Shown here: positions 50,077 through 62,100 of the stretch, piece by piece
Layout of the letters: every line of letters begins with the position of its first letter
Position numbering within the stretch: the stretch's first letter is position 1
Assembly (NCBI GenBank): GCA_965228855.1
Contig: CBDDIJ010000003.1
Span: 1,696,001-1,760,000, forward strand
Direction: 5' to 3'
From: Candidatus Obscuribacterales bacterium
Lineage (GTDB): Bacteria > Cyanobacteriota > Vampirovibrionia > Obscuribacterales > Obscuribacteraceae
Length of the DNA: 64,000 bases
The notes under the pieces: model-generated
The model's input: only the letters and a program-made list of their open reading frames with translations
What the model was told of the DNA's origin: nothing
The model's database searches: none
Program-made: the position numbers and the translations under genes

Positions 50077-50835
50077 ATGAACAGGGAATATCACAAATGG
50101 CACAGTCCAAACCTGAACAGGGACATGGAACTGCTGGTCTTTGGTCATGCGGGGGCGCGCGTCATTGTATTCCCCACCTCATGCGGTAGATTCTATGACT
50201 GGGAAAACCGCGAGATGATCAAAGCGCTCGAATACCATATCGAGCAGGGCTGGATTCAAGTCTTTTGCGTGGACAGCGTCGACCGCGAGAGCTGGTGGAA
50301 TATGGAAGCGCATCCCAAGGATCGTGCCATCCGCCACCTCACGTATCAGAAATATGTCGTCGATGAGGTACTCCCCTGGACGAAAAAATTGAACCAGAAT
50401 GATTTTGTCATTGCTCTAGGAGCAAGCATGGGAGCTTACCATGCGATCAACATCGCGTTGAACTATCCAGACAATTTCAACCGCACCATCGGCATGAGTG
50501 GACCTTACGATTTCGCGCAAATGAGCGGACCATACAGCGTATTCAACTGGGTTTTCGACTATTACGACGACAATGTCCACAAGTGTAATCCGGCGGCCTC
50601 AGTCCGAAGCGCTTCAGAGGAGCAGCTTGCGAAACTCAGAAAACTCGACATCATTTTCGCAATGGGACAAACAGATCCGCTCTTTGGCAGCAACGAGATT
50701 TTCCATCAAGTGCTCGATGAAAAGGAAGTTCCACACGCTTATCGCGTTTGGGATGGTTTCGCACACGACTGGCCGATCTGGCACGAGATGGTGCTTCACT
50801 ACATCGGCGGCGACGGCACTCGTTTAGCTGTTTAG
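50077..50835 (+). CDS. Putative esterase (alpha/beta hydrolase, COG4947-like)
   Basis: MELLVFGHAG, FPTS, GASMG nucleophile and AHDWPIW. Confidence 0.88.
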   Translation: MNREYHKWHSPNLNRDMELLVFGHAGARVIVFPTSCGRFYDWENREMIKALEYHIEQGWIQVFCVDSVDRESWWNMEAHPKDRAIRHLTYQKYVVDEVLPWTKKLNQNDFVIALGASMGAYHAINIALNYPDNFNRTIGMSGPYDFAQMSGPYSVFNWVFDYYDDNVHKCNPAASVRSASEEQLAKLRKLDIIFAMGQTDPLFGSNEIFHQVLDEKEVPHAYRVWDGFAHDWPIWHEMVLHYIGGDGTRLAV

Positions 50836-50901
50836 TAGCGGCTAGCGGTTTGACTGCTGAGCTATTGAGCAGTATAGCAATGAAGGAGCCTTAAGGCGTT
50901 G

Positions 50902-51522
50902 TTAGCTGGTCGATACCGCAGCTTGACTCTTGAGAGCTTCCAAACGTTGCTGGGCAGCGTCCGCTTCTGCATGCAGACCGGCACCACGCATGACACCATC
51001 ATAGGTGTTATAGATCATTTTGCGTGTGACGGGCTCTTGCACATTCGCCCACTCAAGCACTTCTTCAAAAATTTGCTGGCTCTTCTCGAGATCCTTGATG
51101 GTCGTTCCATACGCTTTCGCCAGAGCCATCAAACTCATTTTGCATTCAAACGAATCTCGACCGAACATCTCCATCATTTTTTTAGCGTCCATGTAATGCA
51201 AGGCTTCGACTTCCTGCATGCGGTTTTGCTTCGCAAGAATGCGTTCGAGATCGGTGATTGGAGACACCGGTTCCTTTGCAAGATTTGCATGCACGTAACG
51301 CATATCCGTCGCCTCTTTCAGAAGGCGCTCCGCAGGCGCGTAATCGTCAAGTAGACGCAGTAGTCCAGCGAGACTACAGCGACTGTAGTACGAATTGTTC
51401 GCATCTTTTCTTGCATCGGCGTCTTCCATCGCTCGCTTGTAGCAATCTTTCGCCTCGTCATATTTTCCGCCCCGTGCGGCGGATTCAGCCATGTTTGTGA
51501 GATTCGACCAGGACTCGCTCAT
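50902..51522 (-). CDS. TPR-like helical repeat protein
   Basis: GKYDEAKDCYKRA and SLAGLLRLLDDYAPAERLL. GGAGA RBS. Confidence 0.7.
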   Translation of the reverse strand: MSESWSNLTNMAESAARGGKYDEAKDCYKRAMEDADARKDANNSYYSRCSLAGLLRLLDDYAPAERLLKEATDMRYVHANLAKEPVSPITDLERILAKQNRMQEVEALHYMDAKKMMEMFGRDSFECKMSLMALAKAYGTTIKDLEKSQQIFEEVLEWANVQEPVTRKMIYNTYDGVMRGAGLHAEADAAQQRLEALKSQAAVSTS

Positions 51523-51623
51523 TATGGTTCTCCCTGATTTTAGCGACTAGACGGGTTCAGCGTTTTGCGTTTCTCGGTCCCGAGTTCACCCGTTTCTTAT
51601 GCCCGGTCATCAGAGAAACGATA

Positions 51624-53090
51624 TTAATTTCGCGCCGATTTAACTTGAGCCTCAAACGTATCCAGGTTGCGAAGCCGCTGCTCCAAAATTTGCGTCGGCA
51701 GCAGACCTTGCCTGGCTAGTCGACGCTTGCGAATCAAGCCTTTAGCCACCGTGTACGGCGTATTTAGCAGAGCATATGCTTGACCGGAGCAGTTAGAGAT
51801 CCTTCCGGAAATCGCCAGTTTATTCGCGGTAACAGGTTCACCACGGTAATCGTAAAATGCCACCGCAGATAGTGTTGAGCCTGCAACGCCGGTCAATCCA
51901 ATTAATGGACCTGAAATCGACTGCTGCTGAGCAATCTGTCGATACCGATCAATCTCCCTGGTTTCCCGAACAAGGTGCGAATCTATTCTTTCAGATCTGT
52001 CGTGCAGCATTAGTGCTGTAGCCAGCAGCTGATCGTCGTCGTTGTCGCCTCCGGGATGCTGATGTCTCAGTTCATTCAGTTGGTCTATCAACGGTCCCTG
52101 GAGGGGCGCAGGGCGCTCAATGTTGAATTCCTTCGCAAGCTTTCGCTCCTGATGTTTAGCAACCACTCTGCCCACGACGTTTTTAAAAATCGGGTTTATC
52201 GTAGCCGCGGAGTTCGACACCAGGGCACAAATGATGCCACCGCCTGCAAGGTCAGGCTCCTCAAGCGCCTTACGAGCCAATATCGCAGCTGTCATCCGGG
52301 TAAAACTCTGTAACGCGTCGATTGTGTAGAACGTATTCTCGCGCCAAGCCTGATCGCGAGAGTGACAGCTCCACGTTGCAAATTCGCAAATCAATTGTTG
52401 TCTGATCTGTTTCATCAAAGCTGTCTCGAGTTTACGAATCTTTCTTTGGACCTCGTCTGACATGGACTCGGTCATGCCATCTCGTTCTTCCAACAGCTTA
52501 TCGATGTTATTATTCCTCGCCCTGATGTACTCAATAGAATCCTCCGGTGAATAGCCTTTCTTCTTTGCGTGCCACATTACCCAGGCATTCTGTGCGAGTT
52601 CCAGACTTGATGCAGTTCCGCTCAATGCACTGCCTGTGATACCACAAGCAATGCTGTCCTTGACGGCATTTCGAGAGATCCCGCGTGGATGATTTAAATT
52701 CTTGCCCTGCTGGTAGATATCGGTTACGGTGCCTCCGAATGAGACCGCCGTTCCAGCCTCCCGTCCAAGTGCGTAAGTGAGCACTCGCCATCTCTGGTGA
52801 TAGTTAGCCTCAAGGTGAAACTTGACGTTAAAACGTGACAGTTTTATCAACTCAATGTAGATATCGCGGTCGACGTCATCCAGCTCTCGTTGAATCTTGC
52901 TATTGAGGACGGAGTTAGTAGTTTCTGCGTCTGCTGCTTGACCCTCGGTGTTCAGAAACAGAAAAACGAGACAGCTAAGTACAATCAGCAGCGGCGAAGC
53001 GAAGAAATGAAACCGGTTTGTCTTTTCGATGATATTTCTCACAGTGTCGATATTATCGTACAACTTGAGAATAAGAACCAGGATCTTCAC
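51624..53090 (-). CDS. Hypothetical exported alpha-helical protein (start may be GTG 53042)
   Basis: Long ORF with a signal-like segment LLIVLSCLVFLFL...GQA. Coiled-coil segments alternate with small-residue hairpins. Confidence 0.65.
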   Translation of the reverse strand: MKILVLILKLYDNIDTVRNIIEKTNRFHFFASPLLIVLSCLVFLFLNTEGQAADAETTNSVLNSKIQRELDDVDRDIYIELIKLSRFNVKFHLEANYHQRWRVLTYALGREAGTAVSFGGTVTDIYQQGKNLNHPRGISRNAVKDSIACGITGSALSGTASSLELAQNAWVMWHAKKKGYSPEDSIEYIRARNNNIDKLLEERDGMTESMSDEVQRKIRKLETALMKQIRQQLICEFATWSCHSRDQAWRENTFYTIDALQSFTRMTAAILARKALEEPDLAGGGIICALVSNSAATINPIFKNVVGRVVAKHQERKLAKEFNIERPAPLQGPLIDQLNELRHQHPGGDNDDDQLLATALMLHDRSERIDSHLVRETREIDRYRQIAQQQSISGPLIGLTGVAGSTLSAVAFYDYRGEPVTANKLAISGRISNCSGQAYALLNTPYTVAKGLIRKRRLARQGLLPTQILEQRLRNLDTFEAQVKSARN

Positions 53091-53160
53091 GCAAAGCTAA
53101 GCTCTGACCTGCAAGAGCAAGCCTCTTATCAACCGTTTTCACACAAAGTCTATGACCTGC

Positions 53161-56100
53161 TCAGTTTTTTGCGAACGCCGTGGTGCTCGGGCGCACTAGC
53201 TGTTTGTACTCGCTGCCACTCGGGTCAAGATGCATGTGAATTGCGACCGTCTTCATCAGGTGATTCGCAAGTTGCTTAGTGTGATGATGCTTCGATGCAA
53301 ACAACTGTTTGACCGGCATCACCGCACTGATTGCGTTCGGAATCGAGAATTCACTGGTGAACATCTTGGCATTACTGAAAGAATGTTCCTTCAGATTGCG
53401 GTGACCTATGAATTGAGCAGGATTGATATCGTCCATGGTGCGCACAGAATTGTGTGTAAGTAAAACGTGGTTACCTGGCGCCAACTTCACTTCGCGGTCT
53501 GCCACCGTTACTGATACCGCATTCTTATGAGCGTCGTCGATATCAAAGATAGCAACTCCATCTTTAAATGAAACCACGAAAACTACCGAATTGGCATCGA
53601 TGCGAATGTTACCGTGGGGCGTTTCAACTCTCGTGCTTACCGTTGGTGCAAACAATACTGCGCCCTTGTCTAGCCGGTGTGTGGAAGTCTCTGACTTCGT
53701 AAAATCCACGATTGTCGAAACATCCGACTTGATCTCCAGATCCTGATCGCAATAGACGATGCCTGGAATGTGTCCGCTCGAAAGTTCCGTCTCCGACATC
53801 CATCCGTCCCTCGGCTGTGTGCCGAAGTGAACCTGGCTTTCAGCCATACTGGAAAGAAGCTGACGTTCTAAGCCATTATCTTCTACAACAAGCTCAGCAG
53901 AACTAGTCGGGAACAAGTTCATCGAAGCACTCAAGTTCGCACTGTTCTGATTCGAGAGAATTGCAGCTTGCGGTGCGTCATGCGCAAACAATCCGCTGGA
54001 CAGTTGTGCTTGATTGCTCGTCAGTGCATCAAGGCGAGGGACGAAAGCTTCAAGCACAGTCGCGCCTGCTGTTCCCCGTCCTTCCGGTGTCGTCACCTGG
54101 GCGCTCCTCGAAGATGTCGCGGGTGAAGTCGGAAGTGATTGAATGGTTGAGGAAAAGGATTCGCTTGTCGAAGCAGACTGCGTCGAAGGGGAACTCGTTA
54201 TAGGCGGGTCCGCTGTAATGGAAGTACCACCACCTTCTACAGTGATTGCCTTCGCTGACTGCGTACCGGTGTTGAAGATCACACTCTTACCACCCAATAC
54301 GTTCATATCGATTGTCGGCGTTGATGCGCTGGTATCAGTGACGGTGATTCCGTTGGCACCAAAGAAGAAGGTGTTTGCCGGTAGCGGTGTTGTCACCGGA
54401 ACTCCGTCAACAGTAAACGTAACCCCTGTAGGCGCGGTTCCAGCTGTCGATGTCGTGCCACCTATCAAAATACTCACATCACCGCCTCCGAAACCGCTTG
54501 TGGCGATGTAAGAGCCGGCACCAATAGTGATAGTTCCTTTGGAAGCATTGTTGTTCTGCAGCGTAATGTGACCGTTGTTCGCGGTAATCAAGGCACCAGG
54601 GGCAGTCTCCAGGCTCTTAGCCGAAGTCCCTGTCGTGATGTCGACATCTCCATTGGCGGCACTGACGCTGTTGAGCGTGATCGAAGAAGCAACATCATTG
54701 ATTCGAACCAGAGTCTGTGAATCAGCAGACAGATTCGCTGCGCTCACTTGCAACGCAGCAGTCGTACCGATTCCACCCTGTGCCACCATTTGTAGAGTGG
54801 CGCCGCTAATCAGGCCACTGCCAGCGGTGTTGATATCTCCAAGTGAGTTCAGCGATATAAACGTCTTCTTCCCGCCGATGGCACTGGTGACATTGATGTC
54901 ATCCTGCGCGACAATCGAGATGACCTTGGATTTCGTCGAGGTGCTCGTAACGTTAATCGGCGATAAACCATCGCTGGAGATAACCGCTGTCCCGGCGTCA
55001 ATGGTCAGATTATCGGCATCAATCGAAAGCGGACTATCGCCGTTAAGGTTCTGCGCGACGACTCCCTTAGCAGTTAACACCATATTCGGTGCTGTAATCG
55101 TCCCCGTTGAAATAATATTTCCACCAGTTGCGCTAAACCGATTGGTAGCGCTCGAAAGAAGCGAAAGATTCAAATCTTTCTTCGCCGTGATGTCGACGTT
55201 TACGCCGCGCGCACCGACATTCGTCGCGTTGACGACAATTGGTGCATTCGATGCACCAACATCGCCGTTTATAGCTTGGAATTCAACATTTCGTCCGGTT
55301 ACAGTAGCCTTACTGGTTTGTCCAATCACGTCTCCAGTGCCAAATGTTCTGAATGTGAGATCAAGGGAACTATTACCGAATTTCTTCGGGACAATGACGT
55401 TTCCAATCCCCCCGGCTGCCAGCGTTATGAATCGAATGCCGGTCTTCGGCGTACTGAGCGCCGTCACATCACCACCGAAGTTTGTGATCGTGACACCACC
55501 GTTCACCGCACCAGTCACTATCGGGAAGCCTGCGATACCGTTGACCGGTTGAGTCTTACCTCCGATAGTCATAGTGTTTACCGGATCATTAGAGCCGAGG
55601 AGAATCTGACCACCGATGCCGTTCCCCTTGGCCGCAGCGCTGAGGGTGCCGATAATAGTCAAGTTACCCTGACCGTATGGTCCGCCGGCTACGAACTCAA
55701 GCGCGCCGCCGTTTCCATCGGCTCCAAAAATTTGATTAGAATATCCACTCGTGTCGACTGTGAGGTCGCCACCGTTGACGAATGAAAGAAATCCGGGACT
55801 ACCGGCAGTCGGTCCGCCTGAAATGTTGAAACTGAAGTGTCCGGCACTATTGGTGGTGTCAATGAAAGCGGGCGCGCTTCCTGTCTGCACAACGAATATG
55901 TTGCCACCGTCACCAGACCCCTTTCCACTTACATCGATCGCCAGAGCAGTTCCTGGAGTGGTACTCACCACTGAGCTACCTTGAAGCGCGATACTTGGTC
56001 CTTCGCCATCGGTACCCAGAGGTCCGAGGTTCAACTGAGCCTGATCAACAGCGAGAATGCCTCCCGTGCTGATATTCGTCGTACCACCCACGAGGTTGCC

Positions 56101-59100
56101 CACAGCGGAAACGTTCAACTGCCCCGCGCCCGTACCTGTTTGGAGCTGCGTTGTGTTGCCTTGCCGGAACTGTACGAAACCGCCGGCACCGACCGTTGCT
56201 AGATTCGCGTCTGCATTTAGTGTCAGCGCAGTCGTGCCCTGATTTAGCCACGAGAGATTTTGTGCGCCTACATATATGTTGCCGCCTGCTCCCGTTAGAT
56301 CTGCCGATACCGTGAGTGTACTCACAGGAAGCGCGAAAGTTCCGTTAGCTGCATCAAACTCAGCAGTTATCGCATTCAAACCTTCATTTGTAAAATCGAC
56401 TGTCAGATTATCGTTGGCATAAACAAAAACTAGCCCTTTGTTAGTTCTCAACTCTCCAGTCACGACCGAACCGTTCCCAATCGAGTCGTCGATAATCGGT
56501 TGAGTTGTAATCGGACCAGTGATCGTGATCGGGACATCATTGTTCAAAGCGCCAACTTCAATGTCAATCACGCCCAGGTTTGCGATGTTTTCACCGATGC
56601 TGATATCGCCAACTTGAATGGCGTTACCGGTCCCGCTGGACGGTCCAATCGCATACATTATGACGTTTCCGTTCTCCGACAAGCCGCCGGTTTTGACGTA
56701 ACCGCCGAGCGGTAGAAGAACCCGATTGTTAGCAGTTGTGGGTCCCTGAGCGATCAGGGTTAACTGTCCACCAGAGCCTGACACGCTGGACAGATCGATC
56801 TCGTCGGCAATGTAACCACTGTTTGATCCATCAAGAATTATGCTGCCCCCTGTTGCGCTGGACGGATTTCCAGCCGGCAATGTAATTGCATACGTGGTGT
56901 CATCAATTGAATAAAGCACGCCTGCCGCGGCAATAAAGGAACCGGCATCGCCGGCGGTGCCAGAGGTCGCAATTTTAAAGTTTGTATTGCCACCAGTTGC
57001 GGTGATATTACCACCGGCAACCATGATCAAGGATTGACCAGGGGAGAGAGTCAGCAAACCACCCTGAATCAGTCCACCGAAGTTAATATTGCCCGTGGTG
57101 GAGAGGCTAACGGTCGTCGGAGCGACAAGGCGCCCTGTGCCGGTCAAGCTCAAGTTAGCAGGATAGCCCACTGTGCTGTTATCTACGACCGCTGAGGTTC
57201 GAGTAGCCTCAATGACACCATTGTTGGCTAAACCAGCTGTTTCGATAAACATTGAAGCTGCTCTAACCAGTCCAGCGTTGCCAACTTGGACAGACGCAGC
57301 TCTCAGTTCAACTGTGGAGAATCTCGAATGCGCGCTGATTCCGCCGTCAATAACTATCGATGAAGCGGTTCCGCTCGTAATCAGTTCAATATTGGAACCC
57401 AGCAATGAGGCGTTTTCTGCCAGATTAAATGAGGTCGTGTTACCACCGGTTATCGAAAGAGTCGAGCCTATCGAACCCGTCACACCACTGAATCCGTCCA
57501 GAGTGACCGTTCCATTCCTGGTCGATTGGATGTAGACGTTTCTAGTCGCGGGTACTGTGCCAACATAGAACGCCCTTGCCGTAAGTGTAGGGACATCCGT
57601 TCTTATCGGATTTGACGCCGTGATGTTAGAACCGCCCAAGCTGGTCAAGGTAAGGCTATTTCCGGAAATGGTTCCAGAGGTTTGCCCCATGCCAAGGAAC
57701 GTAAAGATTTCGACATCACCTGCGGTACCAGTCAAAACAGGATTCGCGGTTATATTTCCGGTAATTTTGTTTCCAGGCTGCGTCATTGAGCCAGGCGCCA
57801 AACCATAACCAATCAGATGGACGTCGTAGCCATTGTTTTCGTATGCGAAAGTGCCTCCGACCGTGGCATTATTGGCATTCACACCGCTCACGAAAATGCC
57901 TTCACCGGTAGTTGCGGTGTAGGTCATAAGCGGAACGAGCAGCCTACTGTCGCCTCCAAAGTCTAGCGTGAGGTTAACTGGTGTCGCGAGGGTTCCAATC
58001 GTCTGATACGGTCCAGCGACAATGTTTATGTTTCCTGGCTTCACACTGATGGTAGCAGTCGGACCAGAGACCGTGGCTGCGCTATTGAAGAAGAAGTTTG
58101 CTGCAGGTGTCGTTCCTATCAGTGAGAAGGAACCATATGAGCCGGTGTTCCCATTGCGAGCCCCCAGGAAGATGTTTCCATCTTTCGTGTTACCTACGTC
58201 GCCTGTGGCGGAAGTATTGAAGAACCCGATGTCAGAACTTCCACTTGCCGAAGTTGAGGAAAACACATCGCCGGCAACTGCTTTACCGGCTCCGCTTGTC
58301 GTAGCCGATGCATCAATGCCGCCGTTGAGTACTGTTATACGTCCGGTCGAAACCATCCCGATTGAACCACCCGTAGCGTCGCCGCCGACGGAGGTGGCAG
58401 ATGTGATGATGTCATCTACGATGAAAATGATTTCGTTTGCCGATGCAATCTCGACTGAGCCGCCCTCTGCGGAAAGAGCCGATAGACTGGCTGCGGACGT
58501 ATTGATATCAAAAGTGGTGACAAAGTTGAATCCAATGAGCTTTACGTCTCCGCCTTTTCGAGCGGAGTTGGTATAGATATCCTGTGCTACGATCCAGTAG
58601 CCGCTATATTCTGAGACGGCACCGCCTTCGGTGAAACCGCTCGTGTTGATGTGCCTGGTGTTCAATGAAATCGAAGAATCGTTGCCACCGGCTATCGTTA
58701 CGTCACCGCCCGTGCCACCAATAGCAGTGACTCCAAAGGCGCTGGTATTGATGTCTTTCATAAAGAGGTAATTGCTGGCGCTGATAGTCACGCTGCCACC
58801 ATCACCAGCACCATTGTTATTAGAAGCGCCAGTAAGAATATCGTAACCGGTTATGAAACCGGCTGCTAGATCGACACGTCCGCCGCTTCCATTGCTCGCG
58901 CCAGTGTATCGCGCTGCAGTATCTATGTCTCCTGAGCCCCAACTGATCGAACGCTGAATATCGGTCACAACCTCTACAGTACCACCCTGACCATTTTGAT
59001 TGGTACCACTTGTGGAGGCATCGATAGATGCGAATCGAACATCGCCTGTTGAGCTTATGAACACGTTCCCGGCAGTAAGTCCGTTTGAACTCGTATCAAT

Positions 59101-62100
59101 GTCGCCGGTCAACACACCGGTGCTACCTGATACGATTGAAACACCGCCGCTTGACCCGGTCGCGGATGCCGTTGTGATGTTACCTGTGACAGTCGCGCCA
59201 CCGTTGCCACCAGACCTCAAGCTGACGGTGCTTTCGCTGACAGATCCGGTTGCCGTGTATAAGGAAACGATGTTACCGGTTCTCAACGTCGAGCCACTGT
59301 TGCTCGGATCGTTGTCACTGTTGAGCGAGATTCTGCCGTTACCGGTATCGGTCAAATCTCCAGTCAGGATGACGCCGGAACTTTCCATCAAGATGTTGCC
59401 ACCACCGCTGGCGTTGAAGGTCGTTCCCGTCAGGTAGCTCGAGGCGTTTATGTCGCCGCTTGTCACATGCTTCAACGCTTGCAACGTGACACCACCGCCA
59501 AGCGCACCGACACCGGTGCCGAATGTTGATATATCATTTGTGTAAACAGTCGCAAGCTCGGAAACAAACGCGACGGCACTGCCTGACCCGGCCGCATTCG
59601 AAGCATCGATCTTGCCTGCCACTACAATATCGTCGCCAGCCTTAGCGTTGAACAAAGAAACATCGAAGCCTTGCTGTACAGAAGCAAGCACTATAGCGTT
59701 GCGCGATCCTAAACCTATCTGAACACCACTGTTTGCAATCAGCCCACCGCGAGCATTAATAGCAATTGGTCCGCTGTCTCCACCGCTTATCAGATTCTCA
59801 GTGACGTTGAGCGTTCCCGATGTGACCAAACTGAAACCATTGTTGCCCGTAGCCTGCGTGAGCGCTCCAAGGAACATTGAGTCGCCAGTAGCGCCAACAT
59901 TTATAGGAACTATAAATCTGAAGTCCGGGCTGTTGATCGTGAAATCAATCGGCGTTCCAAGTGTCCCTTGCTGCGCCTGATACCCACCCGGTCTTATATT
60001 GATTGCGCTCGGGCCGGTGAGTGTTGTCGTGATATAGACGGTGGACGGAATAGTCGCCGAAGCACCATTCAAGCTCGCGGAGAGGTTGCTTCCGCTCAGC
60101 GCACCAGTTTGAGTGAAGGCACCATGTGTAATGTTCGTAGGATTAGCAACAGTAGAAGCGCCTGAACTCAAAAGAATAATATTGCCTGGCGCGGTCAGAG
60201 CACTGGTATTGATCGTGCCAACAGTAATCGCGTTTGCTCCGGTGCCACCGCTCGATATAAATACACTTCCTCCTCTTGCTTGCGGACCAATCTGACCGAC
60301 GAGTGAAGTGGCAGAAATGGCTCCCAGACTTATACCGCCGGAACTAACGACGGAAACGGAACCGGCTTGACCATTTTGAGCAATCGTATTAGTAGTCAAA
60401 GCCCCGACGGTTACGTTCGTAGAAGCCGTGGTGGCCGCATTATTTACAATCTCGATGAAACCAGCCGTTACACCGGAGGTGTCGATTCCACCGCTAATAG
60501 AGATGGTGGCTGCATTACCACTATTTCCCGTCACAAGGAAAACGTTTCCAATCGCATCTATCGAAGTAGAACCAAGTGATGTTATTGAAATGCCGTTCGA
60601 GGATCCGAGGACGACGTTGTTCGCCAGGATCGAGTTTGTACTTGCACTATTGATAGTCAGTGTAGTGGCAGCGTCCATCACGACGTCGCCGTTGCTATAA
60701 GAATTATTTGACGTATTTCCTTGCGCATTTACCAGACCAGTTGATATCGCGCCTGTCGTTGCTCTCGCGGTGATTGCACCAGCAGTGGTGGTCGAGTTTC
60801 CGCCTGTGACGAGTTCGTCCACCGTCACAGTGGAACCGCTCAGATAGATACTTCCGCTTGATTGGCCAAGTCCTCCGGACTGTCCGGAGACGGATGTTCG
60901 CACATCACGCCCCGTCAGGTTCAAAGCACCAGCCACCTCAATTCTGACGTTTCCGCCGACTTGACGGGCAGTAGTATTGATGTCACCAGTCGTGTTGGTA
61001 TAAGTCCCGCCGCGTATGAGCACGTTGCCGGCTACGTCAGTGTTCAAACTCTGATTACCGGTGTTGATGCTACCACTAGTGATACCAGCTGTCGCTGAAA
61101 CACTACCGACAGGAACAATATGTCCATCGGAAGCCACGGAGCCATCAGGGTTGAAGGTTATAGAGGTGCCAAAATCCATTCCAGCCTGGGATGCGACAAG
61201 GGAAACATCGCCACTTCCGGAGAAGGAAGACGACGCTGAGCCACCGCCGGAGGTGCTGATATTTCCTACCGTGATCGTACTTGCCAGGTTAGCACCGGCG
61301 ATGACCGACACGTTACCGCCCTTGCCGAAACTACTTGTTGTGATGATATCACCTGTGGTGACAACACCACCGGTAGCACCATTGGCGTACGCGACTATAG
61401 TGACATTGCCACCGTTTTCCTGGTTGAAGTCATTGTTATTGGGAGCAAACGGAAGCGTTGAGCTGGAGTTGATCGTGACATTGCTGAGTGTCACGCTTCC
61501 TCCCGCACCGCCAGTGAAATCCACAGTTGCCGTTCCTGTCGTAATTGAAGTACCGGGAATCGTAGTCGTAGTGGTGCCGGAAGTGCTCACATTTGCGCCG
61601 GCAATGATTGTAATGTTTGTGGAAGGCTTGAATACGCCTCCCTCGGGGGTGACAGAGTTCGCGGTGCTAATCGTGACTCCGGTTCCGGTGATATTTCCGC
61701 CCGCGAGAATTGTTATATCTTCATTGGCAGTGACGTTTCCAGTGATCGAAATATTGCCGGTACTAGCCCACGTCGGGTCCCCGTCCTGGATATTGTCTCC
61801 CATAATCAAGTTTTCAGTGTCGGCCGTGAAGTGAGCTGCATAGCCGCTTGTGTTTAGCGTTCCCGTCACTTGACCAACACTTCCGGTGAGGGCACCACTC
61901 CCGGTGCGTATGTTTAGAGCGCTGGACAGGTAGTCGCCGCCCAGCATGTCAACGTCGCCTGCAAGATCGCAGCTGCGCACATTTATGTTTCCTGCCGCCT
62001 GAATTGTGCCACCGACACCATTGATATCGAGACCGGTTCCAGCAGGCGCATTAATGTTAACGTCCCCACCGGAGGAAACAAGACCAGCGTTGTTCAGTTG

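Noticed and set aside
54610..54630. SAKSL in giant protein C as a fourth copy of the SGAK(S/D)L motif
   Set aside because: Partial match inside a 3330-aa S/A/G-rich protein, compatible with chance.
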